Below, piece after piece: positions 1 to 8,259 of a DNA stretch of 43,624 nt (position 1 is its first letter; the number at the start of each line of letters is the position of its first letter). Below the pieces are notes generated by a model. That model ran no database searches. It saw only the letters and a list, made by a program, of their open reading frames with translations, and was not told where the DNA came from. Origin of the DNA: a virus; IMG/VR virus record IMGVR_UViG_3300045988_166916; one strand, given 5' to 3'. The position numbers and the translations under genes were made by a program.

Positions 1-55
1 GCCGTGCACGGATGTAGAATCGACGGGCACGTTCAATATCGGAGATCTCCATACT
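1..55. repeat. Terminal direct repeat, copy 1 of 2. It is an exact 55-bp duplicate of 43570..43624, i.e. the overlap of a circular molecule.
   Basis: Compared base by base: gccgtgcacggatgtagaatcgacgggcacgttcaatatcggagatctccatact occurs at both ends. A single ORF is continuous across the join. Confidence 0.95.
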
Positions 56-352
56 ATCTTCTGCCCAGCTGTGATCGAACTCTTCTTCTGAGTAGGGTGT
101 CAGACGAAGCCCCCGTACAAGTTCTGCTTCGTGGTCGCGCAGCTGACAGAAGAAATTGGTAACTTCTCCGTTGATTTCGTTCGCTGTGCGAATGACTTTT
201 CCGCGATAGTTTATTGAGACGACCATCGAGCCGGCGAACAGATCGACCAGGTGCGAGAATTGCGCAGGAAAATTTTGGTAGAGGTTGTCGAGCCATGTGA
301 ATTTTCCGCCGAAATAGTTGAATGCGATTTTTTTGTTGGAATTTCCGCTCAT
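1..352 (-). CDS. N6-adenine DNA methyltransferase (D12/Dam class), N-terminal part. It continues across the circular junction into 43046..43624.
   Basis: Hand translation from the ATG at 352..350: MSGNSNKKIAFNYFGGKFTWLDNLYQNFPAQFSHLVDLFAGSMVVSINYRGKVIRTANEINGEVTNFF... This matches the Dam N-terminal Y/F-GGK and F-x-G-S AdoMet motifs. It is in frame with MEISDIERARRF at the window end. The ATGA overlaps the stop of the upstream gene. It is absent from the ORF track because it runs off the window edge. Confidence 0.85.
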   Translation of the reverse strand, partial: MSGNSNKKIAFNYFGGKFTWLDNLYQNFPAQFSHLVDLFAGSMVVSINYRGKVIRTANEINGEVTNFFCQLRDHEAELVRGLRLTPYSEEEFDHSWAEDSMEISDIERARRFYIRAR

Positions 353-846
353 CGTCTTAATTTTTTGAAGTGTTCGATGATCTCCTCTTTGGTCGCTTTG
401 TGCGAAAGTTGGTTCGGACACCCTGCCGCCATCCATTTCGCGCGGATATTGTTGGCTCGCGGGATCAGGACTTTGAACCAGTCACCGGCCATAATCAGTC
501 GCTCTCCGGTTTCGGTCTGCACCGTGTCTTTCAGCCGGTCGAAGCGGATTACGACGTGAGCGATGAACCATTGTTCGCGGTCGTTGTCGCTGTTCATCGC
601 CGCCAGGGCTTTGAACATTTCGATATTTTCGCCGCAATCGTAGTAATCTTGGCTGAAACATGCTCGGGCACCCCTGTCCAGTTCCAACCACAAGGCGGCG
701 TTTTGGTCGGTATCAGCCACGAGAAAGCAACGTTTGCTGTCTCGTCCTCCGAGGATTCGCCATCCGATACCGTTCATCCATTTTTGGATTTCGATTTGCT
801 GTTGCTCGTCGGGTACGAACACCATGCACGAGATATGAAAATTCAT
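349..846 (-). CDS. Hypothetical protein (165 aa).
   Basis: Track ORF 349..972, trimmed to the internal ATG at 846 (MNFHISCMVFVPDEQQQ...). That ATG forms an ATGA overlap with the stop of 843..1253. No recognisable motif. Confidence 0.6.
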   Translation of the reverse strand: MNFHISCMVFVPDEQQQIEIQKWMNGIGWRILGGRDSKRCFLVADTDQNAALWLELDRGARACFSQDYYDCGENIEMFKALAAMNSDNDREQWFIAHVVIRFDRLKDTVQTETGERLIMAGDWFKVLIPRANNIRAKWMAAGCPNQLSHKATKEEIIEHFKKLRR

Positions 847-1253
847 TGCCGACCTCCTCTCTTTGCATAAAGTTCGACCATGCGATCTGCGTAATGGGCT
901 GCCGATTTTTCCGGATAATCGACATCTTTCGCTATTAGTGCGTGGAGCGCAGTTCCGGCGAAATATGCCCACGGCGTAAGTCTTGCCGGTTCCGTTTTTT
1001 CAATTAGCATCGGGCCGTCGCCGGTTAAAAGCCAAAGTTTGCTTACTTCGGAAAACTTTGCGACGATGCGGTTGGCCAGGTCAAGAGACACGCCGTTATT
1101 CCCTCGTTTGATTTGGTAGAGGTTTTCGCCTCGGGGCAGTCCGATGTGGCGTGCGAATGCGTTCGTCGTCATCTGGGCCATGTTGATTACGGCCTCGATT
1201 CTGTTCCAGCAGGCTCGCTTTGAGCGCGGAGTTTCTGCGTTGTCTTTGTACAT
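843..1253 (-). CDS. Helix-turn-helix DNA-binding protein (Bacteroidetes-type XRE-like HTH).
   Basis: MTTNAFARHIGLPRGENLYQIKRGNNGVSLDLANRIVAKFSEVSKLWLLTG is a typical HTH_3-like segment. ATG verified at 1253. Confidence 0.6.
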   Translation of the reverse strand: MYKDNAETPRSKRACWNRIEAVINMAQMTTNAFARHIGLPRGENLYQIKRGNNGVSLDLANRIVAKFSEVSKLWLLTGDGPMLIEKTEPARLTPWAYFAGTALHALIAKDVDYPEKSAAHYADRMVELYAKRGGRQ

Positions 1254-1270
1254 AGGATTGAGAATTTTGG

Positions 1271-4200
1271 TTAAAATGGTTTGTCTTCAGTTTCGACGGA
1301 GGCGTCCGTTTCGTCGCTTCCGTCACCGTATGCAATCATTGAGAGACTGATGTCATATTTTTCTTTGAGAGCTGTGTAGTCGAATACCATCGCCGATGTG
1401 ACCTTGCTCTGTGCTGTTTCTGTCGCGGAAACGGCACCGCCAACGCCGAGGTGCGGAAGGAAGCGCACGCCGGATTTCGTGCCCATAAATTCCTCGGATT
1501 TTTGCAGGTATTCTTGGAGAGAGGATTTCGGAAGGAATTTTATGCCGAGATTCTTGCTGTGCATCGTGTAGAGGTCGGCCGCCGGGCCGAAATAAAGTAG
1601 GAGGTACTCGCGGCCACCGGGGAGTTCCTTGCGCTCTTTCTTTTTGGCAAAACACCAGTCCGGGCCGGATATGATTTTATATTCGCCCTTCATTTGGATT
1701 TTGCCGAGGCTGGCCAGCGAGTCGATCGACGACCAGAAGCCGGCGAGTTCGTTGGTTTGCTCGGCTTTTTCATTTTGTATCTGACAGAGCCGTGCGGCGA
1801 TTTCGAGCGTCTCGGCGTAGGTGAACGGCAGTTGCAGCCGTGTTTCGAGGATTCGGAGCGTTGCCAGCAGGGCGCTCCAGTTCTGAAGTATTCGGTCTAT
1901 GACGCCGCGCGTCAGAGTCCGGAGATCGGCGTTTGTCTGGTCGTAGGCTTCGCGGTAGCCTATTTTTACCTTGCGGCGCTCTCGGAGGAGTTCGTGTGTG
2001 AGGTGGGAGAGTCCGCGGTTGCACATGGTCTTGAACTGGTCGTAGCGTTGTTTCTCCTCCTCGCTATGTTTGGATTGGTAGAAGGTCAGCATCACGATTC
2101 GGGACATGAGGGCGTTGTCGGAGGTTGTCATTTCCTGGCCCGTGAGCACGAGTCCGCAACTGATCGCCGTCATGGTCCGCTTTTTCTTGCCGTCCATGCT
2201 CATTTTACTCCGGCCGCTGTTGTCCCATATACCTTTGAGAAATTCGACTTTCTTCGGGTCGATGTCCTCCTTGAACTCGTCGATGTGAACCACGGCATTC
2301 GATACCTCGGCGATCGCTTCGCCGAGCGAGGCTTGTGTCGCGTTCCGAAGGTTGATCGACTCGGCATTGACTTGAAAGGGAGCGACGATGGCGCGCGCCA
2401 TTTGGGTTTTTCCAGTTGCCGGTGGCCCGAACATGTCGAGAATCGGCATGTTCTCGATCGTTGCGCGCACGATGTCCGAAAATAGGGTCGTGAAGTAGAA
2501 ACAGAGGGCTATTTTCGCGTTCTCCCCGAACACGTCGATACATTGTCGGGCGTATTCGTAGAGCGTCACGGTGCTCTGCTGAACGAACACGAATTTTCGG
2601 TGCAGGTTGTAGGTGGTGGTGTCCTCGCGGGCTTCCTTGGATGCGGCCGGGAGGTAGTAGAGTTTGTCGCCGACTTTGATGAGCCCGTAGTCGTTGGCCG
2701 GGATGAACACCTCGCCATCGAAGGCGCCATTGCCCCACGCGAAAAATTCGCCTTGCTTTTGCCATCCGAGTTGCTGTATTTCGCGGGCCGTCGGCGTCTG
2801 TTCGTAGATGTATTTCTTGAGCTGCGTGTATTGCTGTTTCGCCACGACGGCTTCGATGATGTAGTTGCCTTTGCCTTCGATGTTCTTCTGGAAGTTGTCG
2901 AGTGTCGTTACCTGGTCCTGCGGTAATGTGATAAGGCATTTTTCACGGTGGATGTTCTCGATCTCGAACATGCGGTAGGAGGCAGGTCCGTCCCAAATCA
3001 GCACGATCGGGCGGATGATGAAATTCGTCCACGGCATCGCGTTCCCGACCTTAGAGATTTGTCCGTAGTAGCAGTTGTTCTTGACGTAGAACCCGTATTT
3101 TTCCACCAGGTCGGCCTGCTCCTGCTTTTCTTCGCGGATTGCTTCGACCTGGCGCTTGTTTTTCAGCCGGTAGTAGGTCTCGTTCCATATTTTACCCTGC
3201 TTGTCCTCTTTGCCGAATTTGTCGAGGTACATGCGGGCGAGTGTCTCGTCGTAGAAAATGAGCAGGCCACAGATGTAGTTGATGACATCGAGCCGGTCAT
3301 TCTGCGACATGACGCTCCCGACCTTGGTCTGATACATGAAGTCCACGAAGTCGGCCGAATTTTCGGCCATACACTCGTCATAGGATTTTGCGGCCTCGTA
3401 TTTGAAATACTCGTCGGCATCCTTGGCGTCTTTTCCGGGGAGTATCATCACCCGCACGTTCAGCCCTGCCGCCGTGAGAGCTTCGCCATGGCTGACGACC
3501 GCCTTCTGTCCGGCTGTGTCGTTGTCGCCGATGATGACAACTTTCGAGACGATGCGCTTTATCATTCCGATTTGGGTACTCGTGAGGGCGGTTCCCATCG
3601 GTGCGACGGTGTTCTGCTGGCCGATCTTCGCCATGCGGATCACGTCGGGATTCCCTTCGACGAGGTTCAGCACGTCGCGTAAGGCGGCGATGCGTTGTGC
3701 CTCGAAGTACCCGAATAGAATGTCGCCCTTCTTGAAGATGGGCGTTTCTTTGGTGTTGATGTATTTGGGCGGCTCTTTCCCTTCGGCGTTCTTCTTTGAG
3801 TTGATGGCCCGGCCGGTGAAACCGATGACGTTGCCCGTCTGGTTGCGGATCGGGAACATGAGGCGCTGGGTGAAGGCGTCGTATATGTCCCCGTCTGCGT
3901 CGCTGACTTTGATGAGTCCGGCCTTGATGAATATGTCGAGGTTTTCGTGCTGGTCTCGGATGTGGCGGAGTAGAGTTTTCCGGCCGGGGGCGTAACCGAT
4001 GCACCACTCCTCGATGGTTTCCTCGTCCCAGCGTCCGGTGGCGTATTTCTGCGCCGGGTCAGATTGTCGGTACATGGACCGGAAAAATTCGAGTGCGATG
4101 TTGTTGGCGCGAAAGAGTTGATCGCGTTCGAACCGCTTTGCCAATTCTTCGGGTGTCGGCTCTTTCTCCTCCCATTTGATGTCGTAGCGGTTTCCGAGGT

Positions 4201-4453
4201 GGCGGCATGCTTCTACAAAGTTCATCGCGTACCGTTCCATGACGAAGGAGATCGGCCCCCATGTTTTGCCGCACCCGAAGCAATGTGCGGTTCCCCGGGT
4301 TGTCGATACTTTGAAGGAGGGTGTTTTCTCGCCATGAAAGGGACAGCAGCATTCGTAGTGAGTGCCGGCCCGTTTCAGTTCGAGCCCCTCGTCCTGGAGC
4401 ACCCGGAGAATGTCGAGACCGTTGAGCTGTTGTATTGTTTCTTGAGGTATCAT
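1271..4453 (-). CDS. DNA primase/helicase fusion: CHC2 zinc finger, TOPRIM domain and C-terminal P-loop NTPase.
   Basis: CCCPFHGEKTPSFKV...HCFGCGKTW is a CHC2 zinc finger. LVEGNPDVIRM and VVIIGDNDTAGQKA are the TOPRIM E and DxD motifs. MFGPPATGKTQMA is a Walker A. Start set at the ATG at 4453 (MIPQETIQQLNGLDIL). The 83-codon upstream extension in the track is Arg/Pro-rich and looks non-coding. Confidence 0.9.
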   Translation of the reverse strand: MIPQETIQQLNGLDILRVLQDEGLELKRAGTHYECCCPFHGEKTPSFKVSTTRGTAHCFGCGKTWGPISFVMERYAMNFVEACRHLGNRYDIKWEEKEPTPEELAKRFERDQLFRANNIALEFFRSMYRQSDPAQKYATGRWDEETIEEWCIGYAPGRKTLLRHIRDQHENLDIFIKAGLIKVSDADGDIYDAFTQRLMFPIRNQTGNVIGFTGRAINSKKNAEGKEPPKYINTKETPIFKKGDILFGYFEAQRIAALRDVLNLVEGNPDVIRMAKIGQQNTVAPMGTALTSTQIGMIKRIVSKVVIIGDNDTAGQKAVVSHGEALTAAGLNVRVMILPGKDAKDADEYFKYEAAKSYDECMAENSADFVDFMYQTKVGSVMSQNDRLDVINYICGLLIFYDETLARMYLDKFGKEDKQGKIWNETYYRLKNKRQVEAIREEKQEQADLVEKYGFYVKNNCYYGQISKVGNAMPWTNFIIRPIVLIWDGPASYRMFEIENIHREKCLITLPQDQVTTLDNFQKNIEGKGNYIIEAVVAKQQYTQLKKYIYEQTPTAREIQQLGWQKQGEFFAWGNGAFDGEVFIPANDYGLIKVGDKLYYLPAASKEAREDTTTYNLHRKFVFVQQSTVTLYEYARQCIDVFGENAKIALCFYFTTLFSDIVRATIENMPILDMFGPPATGKTQMARAIVAPFQVNAESINLRNATQASLGEAIAEVSNAVVHIDEFKEDIDPKKVEFLKGIWDNSGRSKMSMDGKKKRTMTAISCGLVLTGQEMTTSDNALMSRIVMLTFYQSKHSEEEKQRYDQFKTMCNRGLSHLTHELLRERRKVKIGYREAYDQTNADLRTLTRGVIDRILQNWSALLATLRILETRLQLPFTYAETLEIAARLCQIQNEKAEQTNELAGFWSSIDSLASLGKIQMKGEYKIISGPDWCFAKKKERKELPGGREYLLLYFGPAADLYTMHSKNLGIKFLPKSSLQEYLQKSEEFMGTKSGVRFLPHLGVGGAVSATETAQSKVTSAMVFDYTALKEKYDISLSMIAYGDGSDETDASVETEDKPF

Positions 4454-4500
4454 CTTTTCGCGTTTTGGAGGGGCCCCCTCGGACACCCCCCCCGATTGTA

Positions 4501-4707
4501 TTATTCGAGAGTTTCGATTTGGCGCAGGATTATCCCTGCACGGTGATATTGTTCGTAGGTTTCGCTTTGAGGGGCGAACCCGGCTGGCAAGCGATTTTGG
4601 AGCAGCCCCGTTTTGAAGGCCATGATCGCCCGGCGGATCGTGTCGAACTCGTCGCTCGTCAAATCCATGATTGAGACGCGGCCGTTGCTGTCTTTGTCGC
4701 AATACAT
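4501..4707 (-). CDS. Hypothetical small protein (68 aa).
   Basis: The track start at 4713 is GTG. The ATG at 4707 lies 2 nt after the stop of 4710..4919. Confidence 0.5.
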   Translation of the reverse strand: MYCDKDSNGRVSIMDLTSDEFDTIRRAIMAFKTGLLQNRLPAGFAPQSETYEQYHRAGIILRQIETLE

Positions 4708-4709
4708 GG

Positions 4710-4919
4710 TCACGAGAATTTGAGTTTGACGGCGTATGTTTTTTCGGCGTAATCGGCCAATACCGGCTGTTTCAGTTTCGGCAGTTGGCGATACCCGCGC
4801 AGATAGTAGACCGCCGTTGTGGGGGAGACAAAGAGCTGTGCCCCGAAAAAGCGGATCATGTTTGCTTGCTCGGTCGGATCGAGCGTTGTGTAGAGTTCCT
4901 TCAATGTTTGTTCTTTCAT
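4710..4919 (-). CDS. Hypothetical small protein (69 aa), possibly a small DNA-binding protein.
   Basis: Track ORF trimmed to the ATG at 4919 (MKEQTLKELYTTLDPTEQANMIRFF...). The upstream part of the track ORF is low-complexity N/R-rich sequence. Confidence 0.5.
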   Translation of the reverse strand: MKEQTLKELYTTLDPTEQANMIRFFGAQLFVSPTTAVYYLRGYRQLPKLKQPVLADYAEKTYAVKLKFS

Positions 4920-4930
4920 GGCGGTATTGG

Positions 4931-5122
4931 TTATTTGTAAATTATCCGGGAATTGAGTGTTGTGGCATGGCAGCGCAGGTTGCTGCTCCATAACTCCAGA
5001 TCGGATTCCGTCTTTTCGCAGACGTCGAGATGACGGTGCGCCTTGTTGAACCTGTCCAGGGCGTTGCTGGCCTGTTTCATTATTTCGATGATTTCCTTTG
5101 TTGTTGGTGTTGTCGTTTTCAT
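4931..5122 (-). CDS. Hypothetical small protein (63 aa).
   Basis: Trimmed to the ATG at 5122 (MKTTTPTTKEIIEIMKQASNALDRF...). The longer track start would lie inside the terminator hairpin at 5145..5200. Confidence 0.45.
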   Translation of the reverse strand: MKTTTPTTKEIIEIMKQASNALDRFNKAHRHLDVCEKTESDLELWSSNLRCHATTLNSRIIYK

Positions 5123-5144
5123 TGTTCCGGTGTTTGGTGGTTTG

Positions 5145-5200
5145 AAAAAAAGCAAGGAGGGCGCCCGGCTCTGCCATTCAAGGGGCTGGGCCCCTCCTTG
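5145..5200 (-). terminator. Rho-independent terminator read on the minus strand.
   Basis: CAAGGAGGG (5153..5161) pairs with CCCTCCTTG (5192..5200) around an inner GGGGC/GCCCC hairpin. On the minus strand it is followed by T7 (the A-run at 5145..5151). Confidence 0.6.
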
Positions 5201-5252
5201 TCGCCTTGGCGGCCCTCCCGGGTGGCTTCGGCACGAGTGCGTGGTGTAGCGA

Positions 5253-5555
5253 CTATCCTAATCTCTGGGCACTCGATTTTTTCGCTGTCTTATTCGCCAG
5301 CCGTGCGGCGTTGGCGAAATTCAGCAGGTTCAGCAGGTTCGGCCAAATCCGCGATTCGTCCCAGGCGAAGAGAGCGATCAGCGAGAGGCAGAAATAGAGC
5401 CCGTAAACCTTGTGACGGGTCGAGAGTTCCATGAACTCGCGTCCCAGGGCGGCGGTCAGCAGTTGACGAACTTTTCCGACGATGTTTTTCTTGGCCTTTG
5501 TAATGTCCGGTAGTTGTGATACATAGCTCGGGGCCTTTTCAATACTTGTGTACAT
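5253..5555 (-). CDS. Small membrane protein. It is the first gene transcribed divergently from the repressor.
   Basis: 100 aa with one hydrophobic span (VYGLYFCLSLIALFAW). ATG verified at 5555. A terminator follows. Confidence 0.55.
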   Translation of the reverse strand: MYTSIEKAPSYVSQLPDITKAKKNIVGKVRQLLTAALGREFMELSTRHKVYGLYFCLSLIALFAWDESRIWPNLLNLLNFANAARLANKTAKKSSAQRLG

Positions 5556-5588
5556 AGAGTTGAATTTTGAAATGGTTAAAATTGTTTT

Positions 5589-5656
5589 ATATTTGCAATT
5601 ACAAATGCGTTACTTTTGTAATTACAAATGCAAATATAACTTATATAAAAGTTATA
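5589..5656. promoter_or_regulatory. Operator/promoter region of the divergent lysis-lysogeny switch.
   Basis: A 17-bp direct repeat TTTG[C/T]AATTACAAATGC occurs at 5592..5608 and 5615..5631 (period 23 bp). The second copy contains a perfect 14-bp palindrome, TTTGTAATTACAAA. An outer inverted repeat is ATATTTGCA / TGCAAATAT. A further inverted repeat, TATAACTT-N6-AAGTTATA, lies at 5635..5656. All sit in the 142-bp AT-rich gap between divergent genes. Confidence 0.6.
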
Positions 5657-5697
5657 TACAAGTTCTTCGTGTTGAAATTTTGTAAATTTATTTTTAT

Positions 5698-6084
5698 ATG
5701 TTTGATTTTAAGTCGTTTAGAAAAATAAATAATCTGAAACAAAGCGAGGCTGCTGAATATTTCAGTTGTACGCAGGCTTTTATTTCACGGATTGAGAGGG
5801 GAATAAGCCCGGTTCCAAGCCATTTTATAACTAAAATAGAATCTGAGGGGCGTTATAAGATGCCGGATATGGTTCCAAGTCTGAACACGGATTTGAAAAT
5901 TGAGATGCCGCGCGAGGTTTTTGATAAGATGGCTCAGTTGATCGACACGGTTTGTTCGCAACAGGATGTTATTGCGCAACAGCAAAGTGTTATAAATAAG
6001 GTACTTAACCCCCCCCCTCGCAATGAGGCTTCCGTGGATGGCGCAGATTCAGAGGGAAATAGAGGCGCTTCCGCAGTTGGATAA
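5698..6084 (+). CDS. XRE-family HTH transcriptional regulator, candidate CI-like phage repressor.
   Basis: NNLKQSEAAEYFSCTQAFISRIERGISPVP is an HTH_3 motif. The gene is divergent from the early operon and co-oriented with the integrase. Confidence 0.7.
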   Translation: MFDFKSFRKINNLKQSEAAEYFSCTQAFISRIERGISPVPSHFITKIESEGRYKMPDMVPSLNTDLKIEMPREVFDKMAQLIDTVCSQQDVIAQQQSVINKVLNPPPRNEASVDGADSEGNRGASAVG

Positions 6085-6163
6085 TCGAATCTGGGAGATA
6101 TAAGATTACCACCCATATTTTCCGGATTTATTCGATTGAACACAATCTTAAATCTTTGAAAAT

Positions 6164-6745
6164 ATGGCTTTAATTAAATGTACAGAATGTGGAAGGGATG
6201 TCAGTGAAAATGCTGCCAGTTGTCCTAATTGTGGAAATCCGATTTCTGTATCTACTACACCAAGTGTTGACGAGCAGGAAGAATATTTATGTTGTCCTCG
6301 GTGTCGGTCTAAGAATTTAATATCTAATAAGCAGGGCTTTGGTGCGGGGAAAGCCCTTGCTGGAGGTCTAATTGCAGGACCTATTGGGTTGTTAGCCGGG
6401 GGTATTAATAGTAATAAAATTGTACTGACTTGTCAGAATTGTTGCAACCAATTTCCTCTGAATAAAGCAAAGGTTATCTTGCTGGGTAAAACAAAGGAAG
6501 ATTTTGATAGAAGAATTGTTGGAATAGTGAAGAAAAGAGGTGGAGGATCAATGCAAATTAGCTTAGCCTGCGAAGAAATAAAAAAGAGACTTCACCTAAC
6601 CGATCATGAAGCATTAGACTATATTCGTCGATTAGAGGTCGAATACCACTTTAAGGCGAATCGGAAAACCTCTACTGCTGATTGGATCATCGGGGTTGTG
6701 GTGGGTATTTTATTTTTACTGTTCTTTTTTTGGATTTTCTTTTGA
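6164..6745 (+). CDS. Double zinc-ribbon membrane protein (lysogeny-module moron).
   Basis: CTECGRDVSENAASCPNCG is a zinc ribbon. A second CxxC...CxxCC pair (CCPRCRS...CQNCC) flanks a glycine-zipper segment, GFGAGKALAGGLIAGPIGLLAGGI. The C-terminal TM is WIIGVVVGILFLLFFFWIFF. The gene is visibly AT-richer than the rest of the genome. Confidence 0.7.
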   Translation: MALIKCTECGRDVSENAASCPNCGNPISVSTTPSVDEQEEYLCCPRCRSKNLISNKQGFGAGKALAGGLIAGPIGLLAGGINSNKIVLTCQNCCNQFPLNKAKVILLGKTKEDFDRRIVGIVKKRGGGSMQISLACEEIKKRLHLTDHEALDYIRRLEVEYHFKANRKTSTADWIIGVVVGILFLLFFFWIFF

Positions 6746-6750
6746 TATAC

Positions 6751-6941
6751 CCGGGACAGATACGGGACAAAATGTGATTTTTAATTAAACTTTCTGATTC
6801 GTATATTGTTGAAAATCAAGTAGAAGTTTTGCGAGAAATAGAGGTGTAAAATCCCCTATCCACTACTGAGATTCTCGCAAGTTATTGGTAATCAATATAT
6901 TGCGAGAATTTTCGTAAATATGCCGGGACAGAAACGGGACA
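6751..6941. other. Candidate attP / integrase-binding region.
   Basis: CCGGGACAGATACGGGACA (6751..6769) and CCGGGACAGAAACGGGACA (6923..6941) match at 18 of 19 positions. Each contains two CGGGACA units 11 bp apart. Between them lie TTGCGAGAA (6829..6837 and 6900..6908) and its inverse TTCTCGCAA (6872..6880). The region sits directly upstream of the integrase gene. Confidence 0.35.
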
Positions 6942-7010
6942 TAGTTTCTTCTTCTTGGCGGGCTGATTTTCAATGATATACATTTTTACTTCGGTGAAAA
7001 TGTAAAAAAA

Positions 7011-8192
7011 ATGTTGTCAGTTGAAACTGCGCGAAATTCCGCGCTAAACGAAATTCTTTCTTTCACTTATCCGAAACTACACACCGGCTCCTGCTGGTTC
7101 ATTTCCTTTTATGCGTTCGACCCGGCGAAGGGTGAAATGCGGCGCAAACGGATCAAGATAAATTCGGTGGGGAATGCCTCACAGCGCCGGCGGTATGCTG
7201 CGCAAGTTTGTCATCGTCTTTCTACGAAACTCGAAACGGGGTGGAATCCGTGGGTGGAGGCAGAGGCGGATTATACCTATAAACTATTTTCGGATGTATT
7301 GGTGCACTACCGAAATTACCTCCGGAAGTTACAGGATGACGGTGTTCTCCGAAAATCGACCGTACATGGCTATAATTGTTCGGCGGGTATCATGGAACGT
7401 TGGAATGCGCAACAAGCATCGCCCATTCGTTATGTCTATCAGTTCGACCGTTCGTTTTGTGTGCGCTTTCTGGATTACGTCTATGTTGAACGGGGCAATT
7501 CGCCGACTACGCGCAACAACAATCTGGCGTTTCTCCGGGAGTTCTCGTCATTTCTGGTTCAACACTTATATCTGAAAAGTAAACCGACGGAAGGGCTGAA
7601 GAGTATCGGAAAGGGTGCTGGCAGTAAGAACCGGACGGTCATCGCGCCGGCGGATATGCAACGTCTCCATGACTGGCTTGACGCACACAACCGGCCGTTC
7701 CTGCTGGTCTGCTATTTCCTACATTATATGCTTATCCGTCCGAAGGAGATATGTCGTCTTCGCTTGCAGGACATTAATGTCGCTAAACAAACGGTCTATA
7801 TTGACGGCCAGATTTCGAAAAATAAAAAATCGGGGGTGGTTACGCTTCCGACGCCGATTCTGGAAATGCTCGTCGATTTGGATTATTTCAATGCTCCGAC
7901 TTCGTATTATATTTTCTCTACCGGGTTCCGGCCGGGGCCTAAGTTGTGCAGCGAACGGAGTTATCGCCACTATTGGAATAACGAAATTGTTCCGGCGTTG
8001 AAATTCCCGAAGGAATACAAGTTCTATTCGCTGAAGGATTCGGGTATCACGGATATGCTTCGGTCGGGACTTGACCCTCTTTCCGTTAAGGAGCAGGCGC
8101 GGCACTCGTCGCTTCAGATTACGGATGCCTATACACCACGGGATGTTTTGAACGCTAATCCACGCCTTCAGAGTTACAAAGGTATCTTATAA
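7011..8192 (+). CDS. int: Tyrosine recombinase / phage integrase.
   Basis: 393 aa. LIRPKEICRLRLQDI fits the first catalytic Arg region. EQARHSSLQITDAYT fits the R-H...Y C-terminal catalytic region. The N-terminal SAM-like domain is typical of Bacteroidetes integrases. Confidence 0.9.
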   Translation: MLSVETARNSALNEILSFTYPKLHTGSCWFISFYAFDPAKGEMRRKRIKINSVGNASQRRRYAAQVCHRLSTKLETGWNPWVEAEADYTYKLFSDVLVHYRNYLRKLQDDGVLRKSTVHGYNCSAGIMERWNAQQASPIRYVYQFDRSFCVRFLDYVYVERGNSPTTRNNNLAFLREFSSFLVQHLYLKSKPTEGLKSIGKGAGSKNRTVIAPADMQRLHDWLDAHNRPFLLVCYFLHYMLIRPKEICRLRLQDINVAKQTVYIDGQISKNKKSGVVTLPTPILEMLVDLDYFNAPTSYYIFSTGFRPGPKLCSERSYRHYWNNEIVPALKFPKEYKFYSLKDSGITDMLRSGLDPLSVKEQARHSSLQITDAYTPRDVLNANPRLQSYKGIL

Positions 8193-8195
8193 GTG

Positions 8196-8232
8196 GAGAA
8201 GAGGGCGGTCAACACCGTCCTCTTCTCTTTTT
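8196..8232 (+). terminator. Rho-independent terminator after int, between convergent genes.
   Basis: GAGAAGAGGGCGGT-caac-ACCGTCCTCTTCTC followed by TTTTT. Confidence 0.75.
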
Positions 8233-8259
8233 GGGGTCTCAATCGGTTGAGATTTGCTG

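Noticed and set aside
4454-4702. N-terminal extensions of track ORFs (primase to 4702, protease to 36501, capsid to 35560, MTase to 40863, ASCH to 41407, 28626..29363, 22945..23340, 349..972).
   Set aside because: The extensions are basic low-complexity sequence that overlaps upstream genes or terminators. Internal ATGs give ATGA or 2-nt coupling with the preceding stop codon. Several track starts are GTG or TTG (4713, 11192, 15120, 36814, 43049).
6829-6880. Hairpin TTGCGAGAA...TTCTCGCAA with an internal ...GGTGTAAAATCCCC... string, considered as a tRNA 3' fragment marking a tRNA attachment core.
   Set aside because: No T-arm or acceptor-stem pairing can be built, and there is no CCA-proximal acceptor complement. 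I kept it only as part of the attP candidate.
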